NCBI GenBank assembly: GCA_965202585.1 | Contig: OZ241826.1 | Span: forward strand, 65,100,001-65,164,000 | Length of the DNA: 64,000 nucleotides | Direction: 5' to 3' | Source: Thalia democratica | Lineage: Eukaryota | In this document: piece after piece, positions 34,831 through 48,792 of the stretch | How the letters are laid out: each line of letters opens with the position of its first letter | Position numbering within the stretch: position 1 is the stretch's first letter | Program-made: the position numbers and the translations under genes | Notes under the pieces: model-generated | The model's input: the letters and a program-made list of their open reading frames with translations, nothing else | What the model was told of the DNA's origin: nothing | Database searches by the model: none

Positions 34831-37800
34831 AACTTTATTTCTGTAAAATCTGTTGTGAAATTGTAAAAACTAAACCTTTTGTTCAAAATTTATATTCATA
34901 TTAATGATTAAAAAAATATATTACTGATGTTTGTAAACATAATTTAGTAATAAACTAAAACTAATCACAGTATATATACATATCCTAAATACTCAAAAAA
35001 CTTGTTCAATGTTAAATTGTAAAAAACTAAAAACACAAAAGAAATTTAAAGAAAATAAAACTGTTATTTAAATCTAAGATAACTAACTAAAAACATTTGC
35101 ATGAACTGTTAAAATTGTTTATCTTCTTGCTACATTATCAATATTGATCAATCAATTTTCAAATTTATTAAAGGGATGGTAATTATATCTAAGTTTTATT
35201 GAACCTCAAAACTTAAATTTATTTTAAGGTTTTTTAATGTGTTCTTAAAAAAAAATAGAAAACAAAGGTTTTTTAATTAATTTCAAGTTTAATAAAAAGG
35301 TTTAACTTGAATTTTAAAACACAAAAATATCATTTAAAAATCAATTAGCTGTTTATTAATCTTATTACTTATATAATTTTATACTTTGGCTAAAACTTTA
35401 AAATATTTACTCATTTTAAACTTTTAGTTATATAAATACAACAAGTATATAAGTTCTATAAAAGTGTTCTCTTTCATTAGAATTATTTTAAATAAGTTTC
35501 GTATAAAAATATATTTTTGCAATTTATAATTCAATAAAATGAATTATTTATGTTAACTTCAAAAAGTATCTTGTATTTTACCAAGTATAATTAATAATTA
35601 AGAATTTATCAATTTGTAATGTGCTTACAAACTTTCAGTATCTAACTAAGCACATTTTAAAAAGTGTTTTATTTAAAACAAAAGAAACATTTATAGTGTA
35701 AAAATAACACGTTAAAAACAAATATTAAATACTGTGTTATCAAACCTAAATTATTTAATTTCTTGACAAAATTTATAGTTAAAATTTTATTTTTCTAAGT
35801 AAAATATTAACTGTGCTGCATAACTTTTTTATATTACTTCGATTTTTTTCGTTCAGAAGAAAATGCTTAACATTCAAATAGAATATGATACAACTTTTAA
35901 GGTGTTATAAATAAATAAACTACACGAAATATACGAAATTAAGATTTATTTTATCACAAAAAAATATCCAAGTCTAAAGCAAACAGTATTTAGAAAATGA
36001 AAAGTAAAAGTGTTAGTTTTACTTCGGGTTAAGTTTTTATTTTTTATAACATTACTCAAACGTTTCATGTACAATATAAAAGTTCACTAATAATGTCATT
36101 TTATTTATTAATGAACTAGTTCATTAATGTTTTTTTTTCTTTCCAAAATTAAACGCTTTTGCTGTACTTGTAACTGATAATAAAAAAATTGTTTATATAT
36201 TTCTATATTGAAATTTTAAATCTTAAATCTTTTAAAAAATGTTTTGGTGATACTACTTTAATAATAATTAATACTAATAGAAGCTACTGTAGTACTTTTA
36301 TTTCAAAAATTTATATTGGTAAAAATAATTTTATAAACAATTCTTGTAAAAACACAATAACAAAACAAGTATTAGTTATATACTTACTTTTAAAGCGTAA
36401 CTAGTTGTCGTATCAAAAAGTTGTAAGTAAAATTATATCAAAAATTAACAACTAATTTAGAAAAAGTTATAAAATATTTATTGGGAAGTTTAGTAATATA
36501 AAACAACCTAGTACTAGCAGTCTTATTTGTTATTAAATCTAGACTATTCAATTGCTTCAAAATACTTTTATTTTATTTACGAGCATAATTAAACAATCGG
36601 AAATATAAAGGCTTTCAATCAAAATATAAAACACTTTAAGCAGGTGTTGAAAAGAGTAACAGATGTTAATTTACAGATATGACTATCATGCGAGATAAAT
36701 AAACGTTGCTAAAAATATAAGAATATAAAACAGATCGTAAAAAGCAATTAAATATAATGTATTATACGGTAGTTTGTTTGCAGTAGAGATTTTGATATAA
36801 TACTATATATTATAAATCATATTTTTTTACTATCAGATTTAATGGTTATTAATTATATTTTAATTATGTAAGAATGTATATATTTAAAAACAGAAGTTAC
36901 AATCAACTACATTTACAGTTTGAAATATAAATCAAGGAAGACATTTATAATTTTTATGTTTTTGTAACTAGTAAAACCCGATAAAAAAGTGTAATTTAAC
37001 TTTTAGTAATTTTCTATTGCATTTTAATCTAGATTAGAGTTTTTCAATTAAAAATACAAAAGTATTTAGGCTAGTCACAAGTTTAAAATAATTCAAAATT
37101 AAAGTTTTTTTGAGCATAGGTTTATCTTAGAAACTTTAATATTGCAGAAAAATGACATTCTTATTATTGTTTAAGTTATTAAAAGAAAAGTGGATTTTTT
37201 TTAAATTTAGACTAATCCTAGCTAGACAATACATTTTTGTGCGGAATATATTATAATTTTCTTAATATTTTTTTTTGTAGTTTTTTAGTAATGGATTAGG
37301 TTGATAAGTCTTTGTAATAAGTAAACTACGTAGCATATGAAAAATTGTACGACTCCAACGTACATGTTTTCATTTCAAATGTTTATTATAAGAGTAAACT
37401 GATAAAACTAAACAAAGGACATAACATGACGTAAGTTTATTTAGTATAATTTGCTGCAATCATTTAGCTGCATTAGAACAACTGTAATGCTTTTTAACTC
37501 TATGTCGTTAAAAGATTTTTGATGGTTCAGTAAAAACTTAAAGAACAAAAAAGGCAGATAATATACATACAATATTTATTGTAGTGTATTATGTTTAAGT
37601 TTTATTGTTTCTACTTCATGCTACTTTTTCATATAGGTGTTAGAAATATTTTCGTTTAACCAGTAGAACGTAAAAATAGTTTTAATTACTCAAAACTGAT
37701 TAGACTAACTCATTTTTGTTGTAAAATAAACTATCAAAACTAGTAAAACTTATTATTTCTGATTAAATATTCATAAATTTTTACTATACAAAATTTACGT

Positions 37801-37987
37801 TTATTTTTTAAGATTTTAAGATTAAACTTAAATAAACCTCGTTACAATGTACAGTTTTTTTGTTTGTAGAAATAAAATAAAGTCTAAATGTCTATAAAAT
37901 ATATTATTAAGTTGTAATTAATTGCCACTTTTAACATTTAGTTTGAAAATAATAGATAAATATTTGTTTGTATTATTAGCTATCACG

Positions 37988-40900
37988 ATGTTACAAACAA
38001 TTTTTTGTTGGAATAAAAGACTGAAGATCAAACTTTTTTACGTAAATTTGTGCTTGAGCTTTGTATGTTTTAGTCAGGCAACACCTAAGGTATGTTTATA
38101 AAAAAAAAGTAATTCATTTTATAAAAAACTTTAAAAGTTAAGTAGATGCAAAGATTTTTATACAATCTCTATGTTTTATGATCGGTGTAGTGTCATATCA
38201 AATAAAAACGTTTTAATGTACACAAAAGTCTGTAATTCATAGTATGTAAGGACTGTTTTTTGCACAAAAAACAGAAATAAAAAAGAACCGTAAAGTAAAT
38301 ACTACTTTTGAGAGAAATAATTTTTTCATTAAATTTTTTATTAAAAAAAAATAAACTCATTTTCAAATTAAAAAGACTAAATTTACTGATTTTTTTTTTG
38401 TTGCAATTCTCACAACTATTGAAGGTAAGATATACGCTTTAAAGTTTTCAATAACAATCATTTTTAACTTTCCTAAAATACAACATTGTTTATTGAACGA
38501 CGAAAAAAAGCGCTCAAAATATACGGCCCTAGGACCGGATGCACGTAAAAAGATTTCGTTTATCGAGACACATACCCCTTGGATACCTTTTAACGTCTTG
38601 TCGAGGACGTTAAAAAAAATTACAAAAAAATAAATAAGAAAGACATAAAAAATTTTAACTATTAAAAAATTAAATAAAAATAAATATTTTAATATTATTA
38701 TAATCATAAAAATTATCTTTATACATACAATTTTACTTAAAATTGTAAAAAATAGGCTTTAATACAACTATAAAACTACTACAATTAGTTGTTAATCAAC
38801 TTTTTATCTCGATAGAAAGTATCTTATCTAATCATTTCTTATATACTATAACAGAATAGCTTACTTTAATAACTCAATTAAGTAAGTAAGGTTTTAACGT
38901 AGTTTAGTTTATTCAAAAAAAAAATTTTTTAAGTTATAAAGATTTTTTTTTGTAAACTATGTTCACTAAAAGCTGCAAGTTTGTTTTTACGTTCGATTTG
39001 TTACAGGTTTTAATTGACATTTTGTTGGGAAAATATAAAATTAACAACATAGCAAAAAGTTTGTTTTCCAAAAATACTAGAAGTAATTTTTGAAAATATA
39101 TCTTTTAGTTTGATAAAATCAAAAAATTAATTACAACAAAACTTTTTTTTTAGAAAGAAAAAGTTTTTTTTAAGGTTATACATAACATATATTCAAAAAT
39201 TAAACTTTCAAAACATCATTACACTTATGTTTACCAAATTATACAAACCTTATTGGAAATTTATGATTAAAAGACCCAAAGTTTTTTTAAACTTTATTAT
39301 TTTAACTAGTAGGACCAGTTACTTTTGTAATTTACTGTTTTATTGTAAGCTATTTGTTTCAAACGTTTTTTTTAACTTAACTTCCTTAAAACATAGTCTT
39401 CAAAGCAAAAAAAAACAGTGAATATCGATATAACAAAGAATGCTAAAACTAATTAACAAATACCAAAAAAGAACAGTTTAATTTTTTTAATATCCAATAA
39501 AAACATATTTTACAACTAATTGCTGTGCACAGCAAAAACTATATGTCAAAAGTGTTTACACGGTAACAAACTTAAGTAAAAAGCTCATTAGAGAAATAAT
39601 AACATAAAAAACAGTATATTTAAAACTGTTTCTTTATGTAAAGTGTACGGTGTATGTCGTTAAATCACTTTAACTTTACAACTATTATCCTAAATCAACT
39701 GAGCTACCTAACTGAATTAAAAAAAGCTTTTAGTTTTTTTTTATAATGGACTGATAACAGCAACAAAATAGTAATGCAAATACCTTAAAATCATAAAAAC
39801 TCAAAAACTTAATTTTTTGCTAATCAATAGTACTTGTTCTTAATTCTATTCAATATCAATGTTTGATATAAAAATTAAATACAATCTTCGTACAACAAAA
39901 TAAATAACTTTAAACTTTATTTCATAAAGCTCATATTTTTTAGTGCTCCCGCAGGGATTGCTCAGCTCAAGGCCGTAATGCAGTTTGCGGGAACGATGGC
40001 CGTATATACAGCAACTTGTGCGAAATGGAACAGCAATCTTGTTGGCAGAGCGTTTCTATTGATCAGGTTTCGTGTAACAGAGATTTTAGTAAGATCTATT
40101 CTTGCCATGGCTTCGAAGTAAAGCCACTTCACAGTACTCCGATAATAACTAACAGGGTGAGAGTTTTCAGAAAAACTGATGGCGACAACTTTACATTGAC
40201 CTGCCGTGCCGAAGGTTTTCCTAAGCCGGTGATCTTTTGGCAAAAAAACGGTGAGCAAATCGAAAATTGGCAACAGACTAACGGCAATGAGAGTGGTTTA
40301 TTTTCGCAAGACAACCGGCTTATATTCAGATCGTTCAAAGCAAGTCTAGTAGGCAACTATACGTGCCGGGTATTCAACTGTAAACTGGCTATAGAGCATC
40401 TAAGCACTTCTGAAAACAGACGAAGAGCAATAACAGCAAGAAAACCTTTTGTAGAAGCCATTTTTACTGTTAAATACAAAAGTCTTAGTAAGTTAGAGTT
40501 TAATTATTGTAAACTAAATTAGATTTTTATTTTGATTTGCCTAACTGTTGAAAAAAAAGTTACTTTTTAATGCAATTATTGGCATTTTTTTTTTCAATGT
40601 TTACTAAATTAAGCTACCTTTTCGTAAAAGTGTCTTTTTTATTCTTCTTTATACTACTTATTTTGAGGGAGGCTCGATGTCTAAAGCATCAAGTTCAAAA
40701 CTTATGTGAACTAGTTCTTGTTTTATATCATTTATATATATACAAATAATTGTATGAATATTTTAACGCGTTTTTTCTAGATATAGATTTTAAAACACTT
40801 TTTCACTTTTTTATATCAAGTTGTTTATCCAAATAAAACAACATAAACCTTACGTTTTTACAAATTAATATTATAGTTTTTCTTTAATTGCTTGTTCATA

Positions 40901-43900
40901 GAATGTTAAATGAAAAATTTTTTTTTTATTAGTTTTGAATATTAAGTATAAGTTTAGTAAGTGCTTAAAAATTTAAAGCAGTACACTAAAAATTATAAAT
41001 AAAAAACTTTTTCGTCTCAAAATTACTTTTAGTTTTTCTATAAATGTAATTACAAATAATGCAGCTAACAAAGCATGCCGCAAACAACTGGGGTCAAAAG
41101 CACCTGTGTCAAGAGAGGATCAAAACATATTTGGTGAGATTGGTCAGCCAATCCACTTGGAATGCTCAGTCGAAGGAGTTCCAACTCCTGTTTACAAATG
41201 GTTTTTTAAAAATTCAAATAATGATCGGAAAAGAAATTTGGTTGAGGAAGGAGCAGGAATAACATTCAGTGCTGATAAAAAACACCTTTTTATTGACTCT
41301 TTGCAAATGATACATGACGGAAAATTTATTTGCACTGCAAATAATTGCTTAACACCTCCGGCGGCTAAAACCAAATTTAGGGTTAATGTACGTCATAGAA
41401 GTAAGTATTTTTATTTAATTAGATACTTTTTATTAAAACAACATCCAAAAAATAACACTGTGATGTTAGTATCGGGTACGTACACGAGTTAAAAAGATCA
41501 CAAATTTCAAATTAATAAGAAAGTTTTTATTGGGCCACAACTCAAAAAGTAACACATATCAAAAAAATAAAATGCGTATGATTTGACTTAAATACTAAAT
41601 CTAGCTGTCAAAACATAACAAAGTTGGTTGTTACCATAAATGCGTTCACTGAATTTTAACTCACTTAAAATTTAATTGAGTTTTGTTTTTAATTTACAGG
41701 CAGCGAACATTTTGAAGAGCGATGTTTGCAACAAGAAAATCTAAATGAAATTTGCAACGATGACAAAAAAGTTGCTTCTTATTATTCTTTTGATTTAAAA
41801 AGAAATAGATGTGTTCTTAAAACCAAACCCGTTTGTTCAGCTTTAAAAAACAAAGTAAGACCTTTGTACTGTTTGAGCTTTGTATACAAAACTTATACAG
41901 TTTGTAAATAAAAACCAGGTTAGCGTTTTTTTTTACATCAGTTTTTATCTGTTAAAAAAGTAAGTATTAGTTTAGTTAAGATGTGGAACAATGTGCTATT
42001 TTAAGTCTTAAAACACTGTTTTTAAAAAGCTAAGACCAAAACTTAATTGAAATCTATTAAAGTTTAATAGTTATACAACAAGTTTTCTTGAAAAACTATA
42101 TTTAGTTTAAATAAGGTTACATATTCAAAACTTATTTTTAGATGTTTGTTAGTTATATAAAGTTTTATCATAAACGTTTAATATGCATTTTTTTAATAGA
42201 CGTATATTTTATTTAAATTTATGGTGTTTCTTTAAAACTTCTAGCAACAAGTGGTTCGACAATTTAGAATGATAACAAATGCAAACCGTAAAAAAAGTAT
42301 CTAAATCTCGGTACAGCGTAGTAACAATAGATTAAGAGTTCTCATATATATTTTTATAGTTTACTGAACGATAAAAAAACGCTCAAAATATTTGGTCCTA
42401 GGACCTGGTGCACGAAAAACCATACGGTTATTGAGTCGCACACCACGGATACATTTAATGTCTTGTCCAGTACAGAAACATGTTAAAATTACAAGTATAT
42501 TTATAAACTTAAACATTATCAATTGTCAAAACTTTTGAATGACTTTATTAAAAAATCAGTTATGTTAAAGTTAAAGGATAATATTTTGCCAATTAGCCAG
42601 TATGTGGTCTAAACTCTTCTGGTCGGCAGCTTTTTATGCATCACGTGCCGGATTTACTGAAAAAAAATTATTGCGGCTAAAATTTGCTTTATTCTACTTT
42701 GAAATTACAATTATTTTAATGCAATATTTTTATGAAGTAAACAAAAAATACAGCAGTTTGCTCAAAAGAAAAAAAAAATATTTAAAAACCTTTATCATAA
42801 AAAGGTTTAAACTTCCTTTATTGCATTAGTTTTTTTTTACCTAAAAAGCACGTCGTGGACAACAAATCACTGATTTTTTAGCTACATTTTGCCGATCCCT
42901 GATCTGCAGTTATTTTGCTTTTGTATATTTAAATAATACTTTAAAATCAATGAGTTAGTTTTAAACTACTAAAATTTATTTGTTTATTCATAAGTCTATA
43001 ACATATAAACGTAGACATCGTTTGTCACTTTATGGCTTAATGAAGTAACAAGTTTATAAAACCTAAGCTTTAATTAGTTATATTATCGTAACTTGTTTTT
43101 TAGTTTAAAAAATCAATTTTTTGATAATTTAACTAAAATAGTATCTTGTATTTATGCTGCTACTTGATCAAAAAGAGATTTTTTAACAAGAAAATTGTTC
43201 ATGAGTAGATTAAAATTTATAACTATATCCTTGTAATGTTTTTTTATTTAGTATACACAGCTTTACTTTTCATCTGATTTAATAAAAAATCATTTAGTAT
43301 TAGGTATAAGGTTAATTAATTTATTTTCAAATATTTTATTTTAGTTTAACATTGATAAATCTAATTATTCTTTATAGCTTCAAATTTTTTATTTATTACT
43401 TGCTATGTAAAATCATGGTGTGTCACCAACCTTTCAGTAATATCAAAAAAATATATATTTCAACAATTAAACATAACCTTAAGAAACTAACATGATATAT
43501 AAAACAATGCTTCACTTTTATCTTGATTTCTTTGGTTAATAGTTGTTTTTTTGTAGAAAGCTATAGAATTTTAAATGTTTAAGTTAACCTTAAAAATAAA
43601 TCTATAACTATAGAAAATTATTTACACGTATTTAAATTTTGAAGGAATATGTTCATTTGAAAAAGCATAATAATTTTACCTAAGTTTGTTTAGATTTTGA
43701 TAACATTGAGCTAGTAGCAATTCAGCTATTTTTACAAAATTAAAAAAGTTTTTGCCAATATTCATCAAGCACTATACAGCACCGCACGATCATTAAAAAC
43801 AATTTCCGAGATAATGTAGCATCGGTTTCATCCAACTACGTCTCATCATGCTAGACTAAAACGGCGGTCTCTCGCACTATATCTGTCTCATGAGCCCTAA

Positions 43901-45522
43901 AAATAGGATCTAGCAAACAAACCAATCTGCAAAAATATAAATTATAAAAGACTTAGAGACATTTAAATTTTCGATTACCTATCTCTTTTTTTTTAAACGC
44001 AAAACAATAACTAAACTGAAAATTAATTAAAAAACTTTTTTTAAGAACAGAGAATAAATTTTAACAATGAAAAATACTTTTTCATTAAAAAGCAAACGGA
44101 CATCGTTTTTGAAATTTAACACATTGGTTAAATAAAGATGGAAATCTAACGTAACCTTTTTAAAAATCTTAAATTGAGCGAGTTTTTTAAATAGCAATTA
44201 AATCTTAGTGTAACTATTTTTATTAGATTGCGTATATATTTTAAAAAAGTTCTTAATCACTTACTTTTCACTAAAAATAATTAATTCTTAAACTTTTAAT
44301 AAAACCGTTATTTAGTTTTTCCTAACTCTTACGCGAAACTAATACCTAGACATTGTAAATGTTTTCCTTTTTTACCATAAAATATGTTTTACTAATTGAA
44401 ATTTAAAACTTTTATAAAAAAAAATTATTCACCTAATAATTTATCACGATTTTTATTCATTCTTAAAACAATTTAAAAAAAACTTTCCAGTGCAGATCAT
44501 TAGGCGCTATTATAAGCTTAAAATACGTAACACGACATTAGAGTTTTATTATTTTATCAATTTACATTTACAACTTTTTTTATTCTTTTTTTAAGTTCGA
44601 CACAATTAATGATTGCAACCTTATGTGTGGAGTTTATTGCAATTTTGGACCAAAAACAACATGTAGTGATCCTGCAGAATATAATCACTGGTTTTACAAC
44701 AAAACAAAGAATGTTTGTGAGGTAAGAAATTTTTTCTTTTTATTTGATAAGTAATCAAAAACCTAAGTTATATATATTTTTGATATATGTAAACTTATTG
44801 GTATACTTATTTTGGAATGTTTTTTTTTATTTTAATTGAAATAGTAAATTTATGAAATTATACAGATGTTCAATAGAAGTCTTTGCCCTAAAACCAACAA
44901 TAACTTTAAAAAACAATCAGATTGTCAAAATACTTGTGTAATGAGAAAAAAAATTATTAACCTGTACAAGAACAACAAAGCAGATAGTGTACCTGTACCA
45001 TGCCAACATCAAAAATGTGCAAAACCTATCCTGCTCGAAAACTATTGCACGCAAGACTTCATCATTCGAATTAATGATGTTAGCTATAACGAAGACAATG
45101 ATAATTTGAGGTTCAATATAATAAAACTACTTGCAAGCAAAAAATCTGCAATGTCTGCTTACATAGAGCAGCATCAGATGAGCAATGGACAGTTCAAAGT
45201 ACGAGTTCGAGATAGTTGTAATTGTCTGAAAATAAAGAAAGTTACGCTTGACAAAGGTTCAAGTGCTTCATACACTCTTTCAGGAACAATAGAAAATTCT
45301 GAATTAGTTATAGATAACACCTCTTATTTTCAAGTTTTCTCTAAAAGCGACGTTAAAAAAATGAGGGGTTTTACGCCGATAACCTGCAATTTATTTAGTT
45401 CTTGGAGCACCTACAATATAAATACTAATGTAAATAAAGCAGTTGAAAAAGCAGCTAATTCAGCAGGGATAAAAATTGTAAGAAAACTTAACAAATTTGA
45501 TAGTTTTGTTGGTGAATATTAA
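37988..45522 (+). CDS. WFIKKN: WFIKKN/GASP-like secreted multidomain protein b (signal peptide, Kazal, Ig, Ig, 2 Kunitz, NTR), ~639 aa
   Basis: Exons 37988-38089 (signal-like, less certain), 39944-40487 (Kazal CGNDGRIYSNLCEM + Ig1), 41065-41400 (Ig2), 41700-41854, 44596-44721, 44866-45522 (Kunitz end + NTR YCTQDF...CNC). The joins are in frame; three intron positions and phases match paralog a. Confidence 0.85.
38485..38610 (-). repeat. R1 repeat copy 3
   Basis: Reverse-complement similarity to 2901-3030. Confidence 0.8.
42356..42475 (-). repeat. R1 repeat copy 4
   Basis: Reverse-complement similarity to 2901-3030 and 58121-58250. Confidence 0.85.
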
Positions 45523-46475
45523 AGCGAGTTTTTTTTTTTTTTTATTTAATTGAGGTTTTAGCACTGTACATTTTAAAAATTTTGTAGTTGTAATCATAGT
45601 TAAATTGTTTTCTAAGTTTAGCTAATAAAGTTTTATTCTATTTTATTCAAGCAAAAAAATTAATTATCAAAAATAAATTTAAACGTTTTAATACTATCAA
45701 TTTCTTTTTTTAAGACAAATTTTGACAGTTTTTATGTATTAGTATAAATTATGTTTATTTTTAGTAAAGCACATTAAACTTGTACATTTATTTGTATTTA
45801 TAAGCTTTTTCTGACTACTTAAGTTATTGAACTTTTAAAGTCTTTTTAAAGCTAACTAAGTATCACAGACTTCAGCTATAATAAAAGTTTTCGTTTAAGG
45901 GAATATTTAAACCAAAACATTTTTTTATTTTAGCTTTTGTTACATAAGCATTCTTTAATTTACACATGTTTTAGAAAATTATAGTTATGCTTATAAATAA
46001 AGTTTTTTAGACAATAACTGTTTTTTTAATTGTATTAAATACTACGAAAAACAGAAGTTAAAATGATACTAGTCTGTTGATAATTTTTTGATAACTTCGT
46101 AAACACGTTATAAGTAAATAAAACAAAATTTTATCCGATTTACTCAGGAAAGATAATAAGCTATGTTACATAAGTTTATTTGAATTATGATTTTATCTCA
46201 AGGATTTTCTATCATCGTTTAAAATTTAACTATTTTTACAAACTAAAAAAAGTTTTTATAAAATTTATCTGATCAAACTATAACTTGATTTTTGTTAAAC
46301 AATTGAATTCAAGCTTATAATAACTCTATTTTAGTAATAAAATATTTTTTATTTGTTTTAATAAAGTTTCATACACTTTTTTATAATTTGTATTTTACAG
46401 TTTAAACATCTCTTAAATAAGATTTCTTTTTCAAATAGAGATTATTTTTAAACCTGTTTATTAATACTTCTAAAG

Positions 46476-47787
<1,312 letters not shown>

Positions 47788-48792
47788 TTCTAAAGGGATT
47801 TTCCAAGATTACTTCTCAACACAACAAAACAGAAAGCAATGTGTATTCGAAAAGTTGTAAATATTACTTTAAAAATCATAAAGTTCCTCCATAAAAATTT
47901 GTTTAACTTCTGCACAATGGGTTTTTGTAATAATCGCCACATGTAACAAAATCCAGCTAAAAAATCTATTATTTCTTATTTTTTAGGTCTCATATAACTA
48001 GCTAAAAACTTCGAGATTTCGCATCAAATCATTTACTTTTTGTAAAGTCTTAAACCTAATTAAAAAACTTGCTGACAACAAAAATATAATACTTTATTGC
48101 AAAACTAAATTAAGATATACTATAAATCAAAACAAAACTCATTAATTAAAAACATAACTATTGAAAAAAAAATTAAAAAAACTAAAATGAATTCAAAGTC
48201 ATTAAATAATAGTGTTAAAAAATTGATTCATAAAATAAAAATAGATTTAAAACAAAACAAAATAAAACTGCACTAAAAATTTTGAATTTTTAGCTAAAAT
48301 CTGCATTGTAACAAGATCTCATAAAGCAAAAAGGCATTCAACTGACTAAAATAATTAAAGTAAAAAATAATTGGATTTATCGTCTTCTAATTCAACGTTT
48401 CCCATAACTCTGTAATAAAACTCTATTTAATTGAAACAAACTACAAAACAAAATCTTAACTCTTTAATTATAAGATTATTTTATCTAAACAAAATTTCTT
48501 TAAGCATATACCTACCTTAAACAAGCTATAAATAACAAGTATTTTTTTAAATTATTCAAACATTGTTTTAACTAGGCTATTTGAATTATTTTCACTTGAA
48601 TATTACTATTATAATTACACACATGTGTGCAATAAACTAATTTTTTAACATTTTCAATCAATGTTGTAAAAGAACATCTTAATAATATAAAAAAATAACT
48701 GTTCACAAATAAAAAATCTATTATTTTGTGTTTAATAAATATATCTCTAATAAAAATAATAGATATAAGGTTAAACTTAAAAGTTGCTTTTA

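Noticed and set aside
36107-36128. 22-bp perfect palindrome ATTAATGAACTAGTTCATTAAT
   Set aside because: Plausible by chance in a 64-kb AT-rich window; no supporting context.
38090-39943. Candidate FOLN/WAP exons for WFIKKN-b (for example TICQKCLH near 39530)
   Set aside because: No phase-consistent splice path and no complete Cys pattern.
43770-43920. GC-richer intronic patch as a nested gene exon
   Set aside because: Stops or no motif in the frames examined; more likely a TE remnant.
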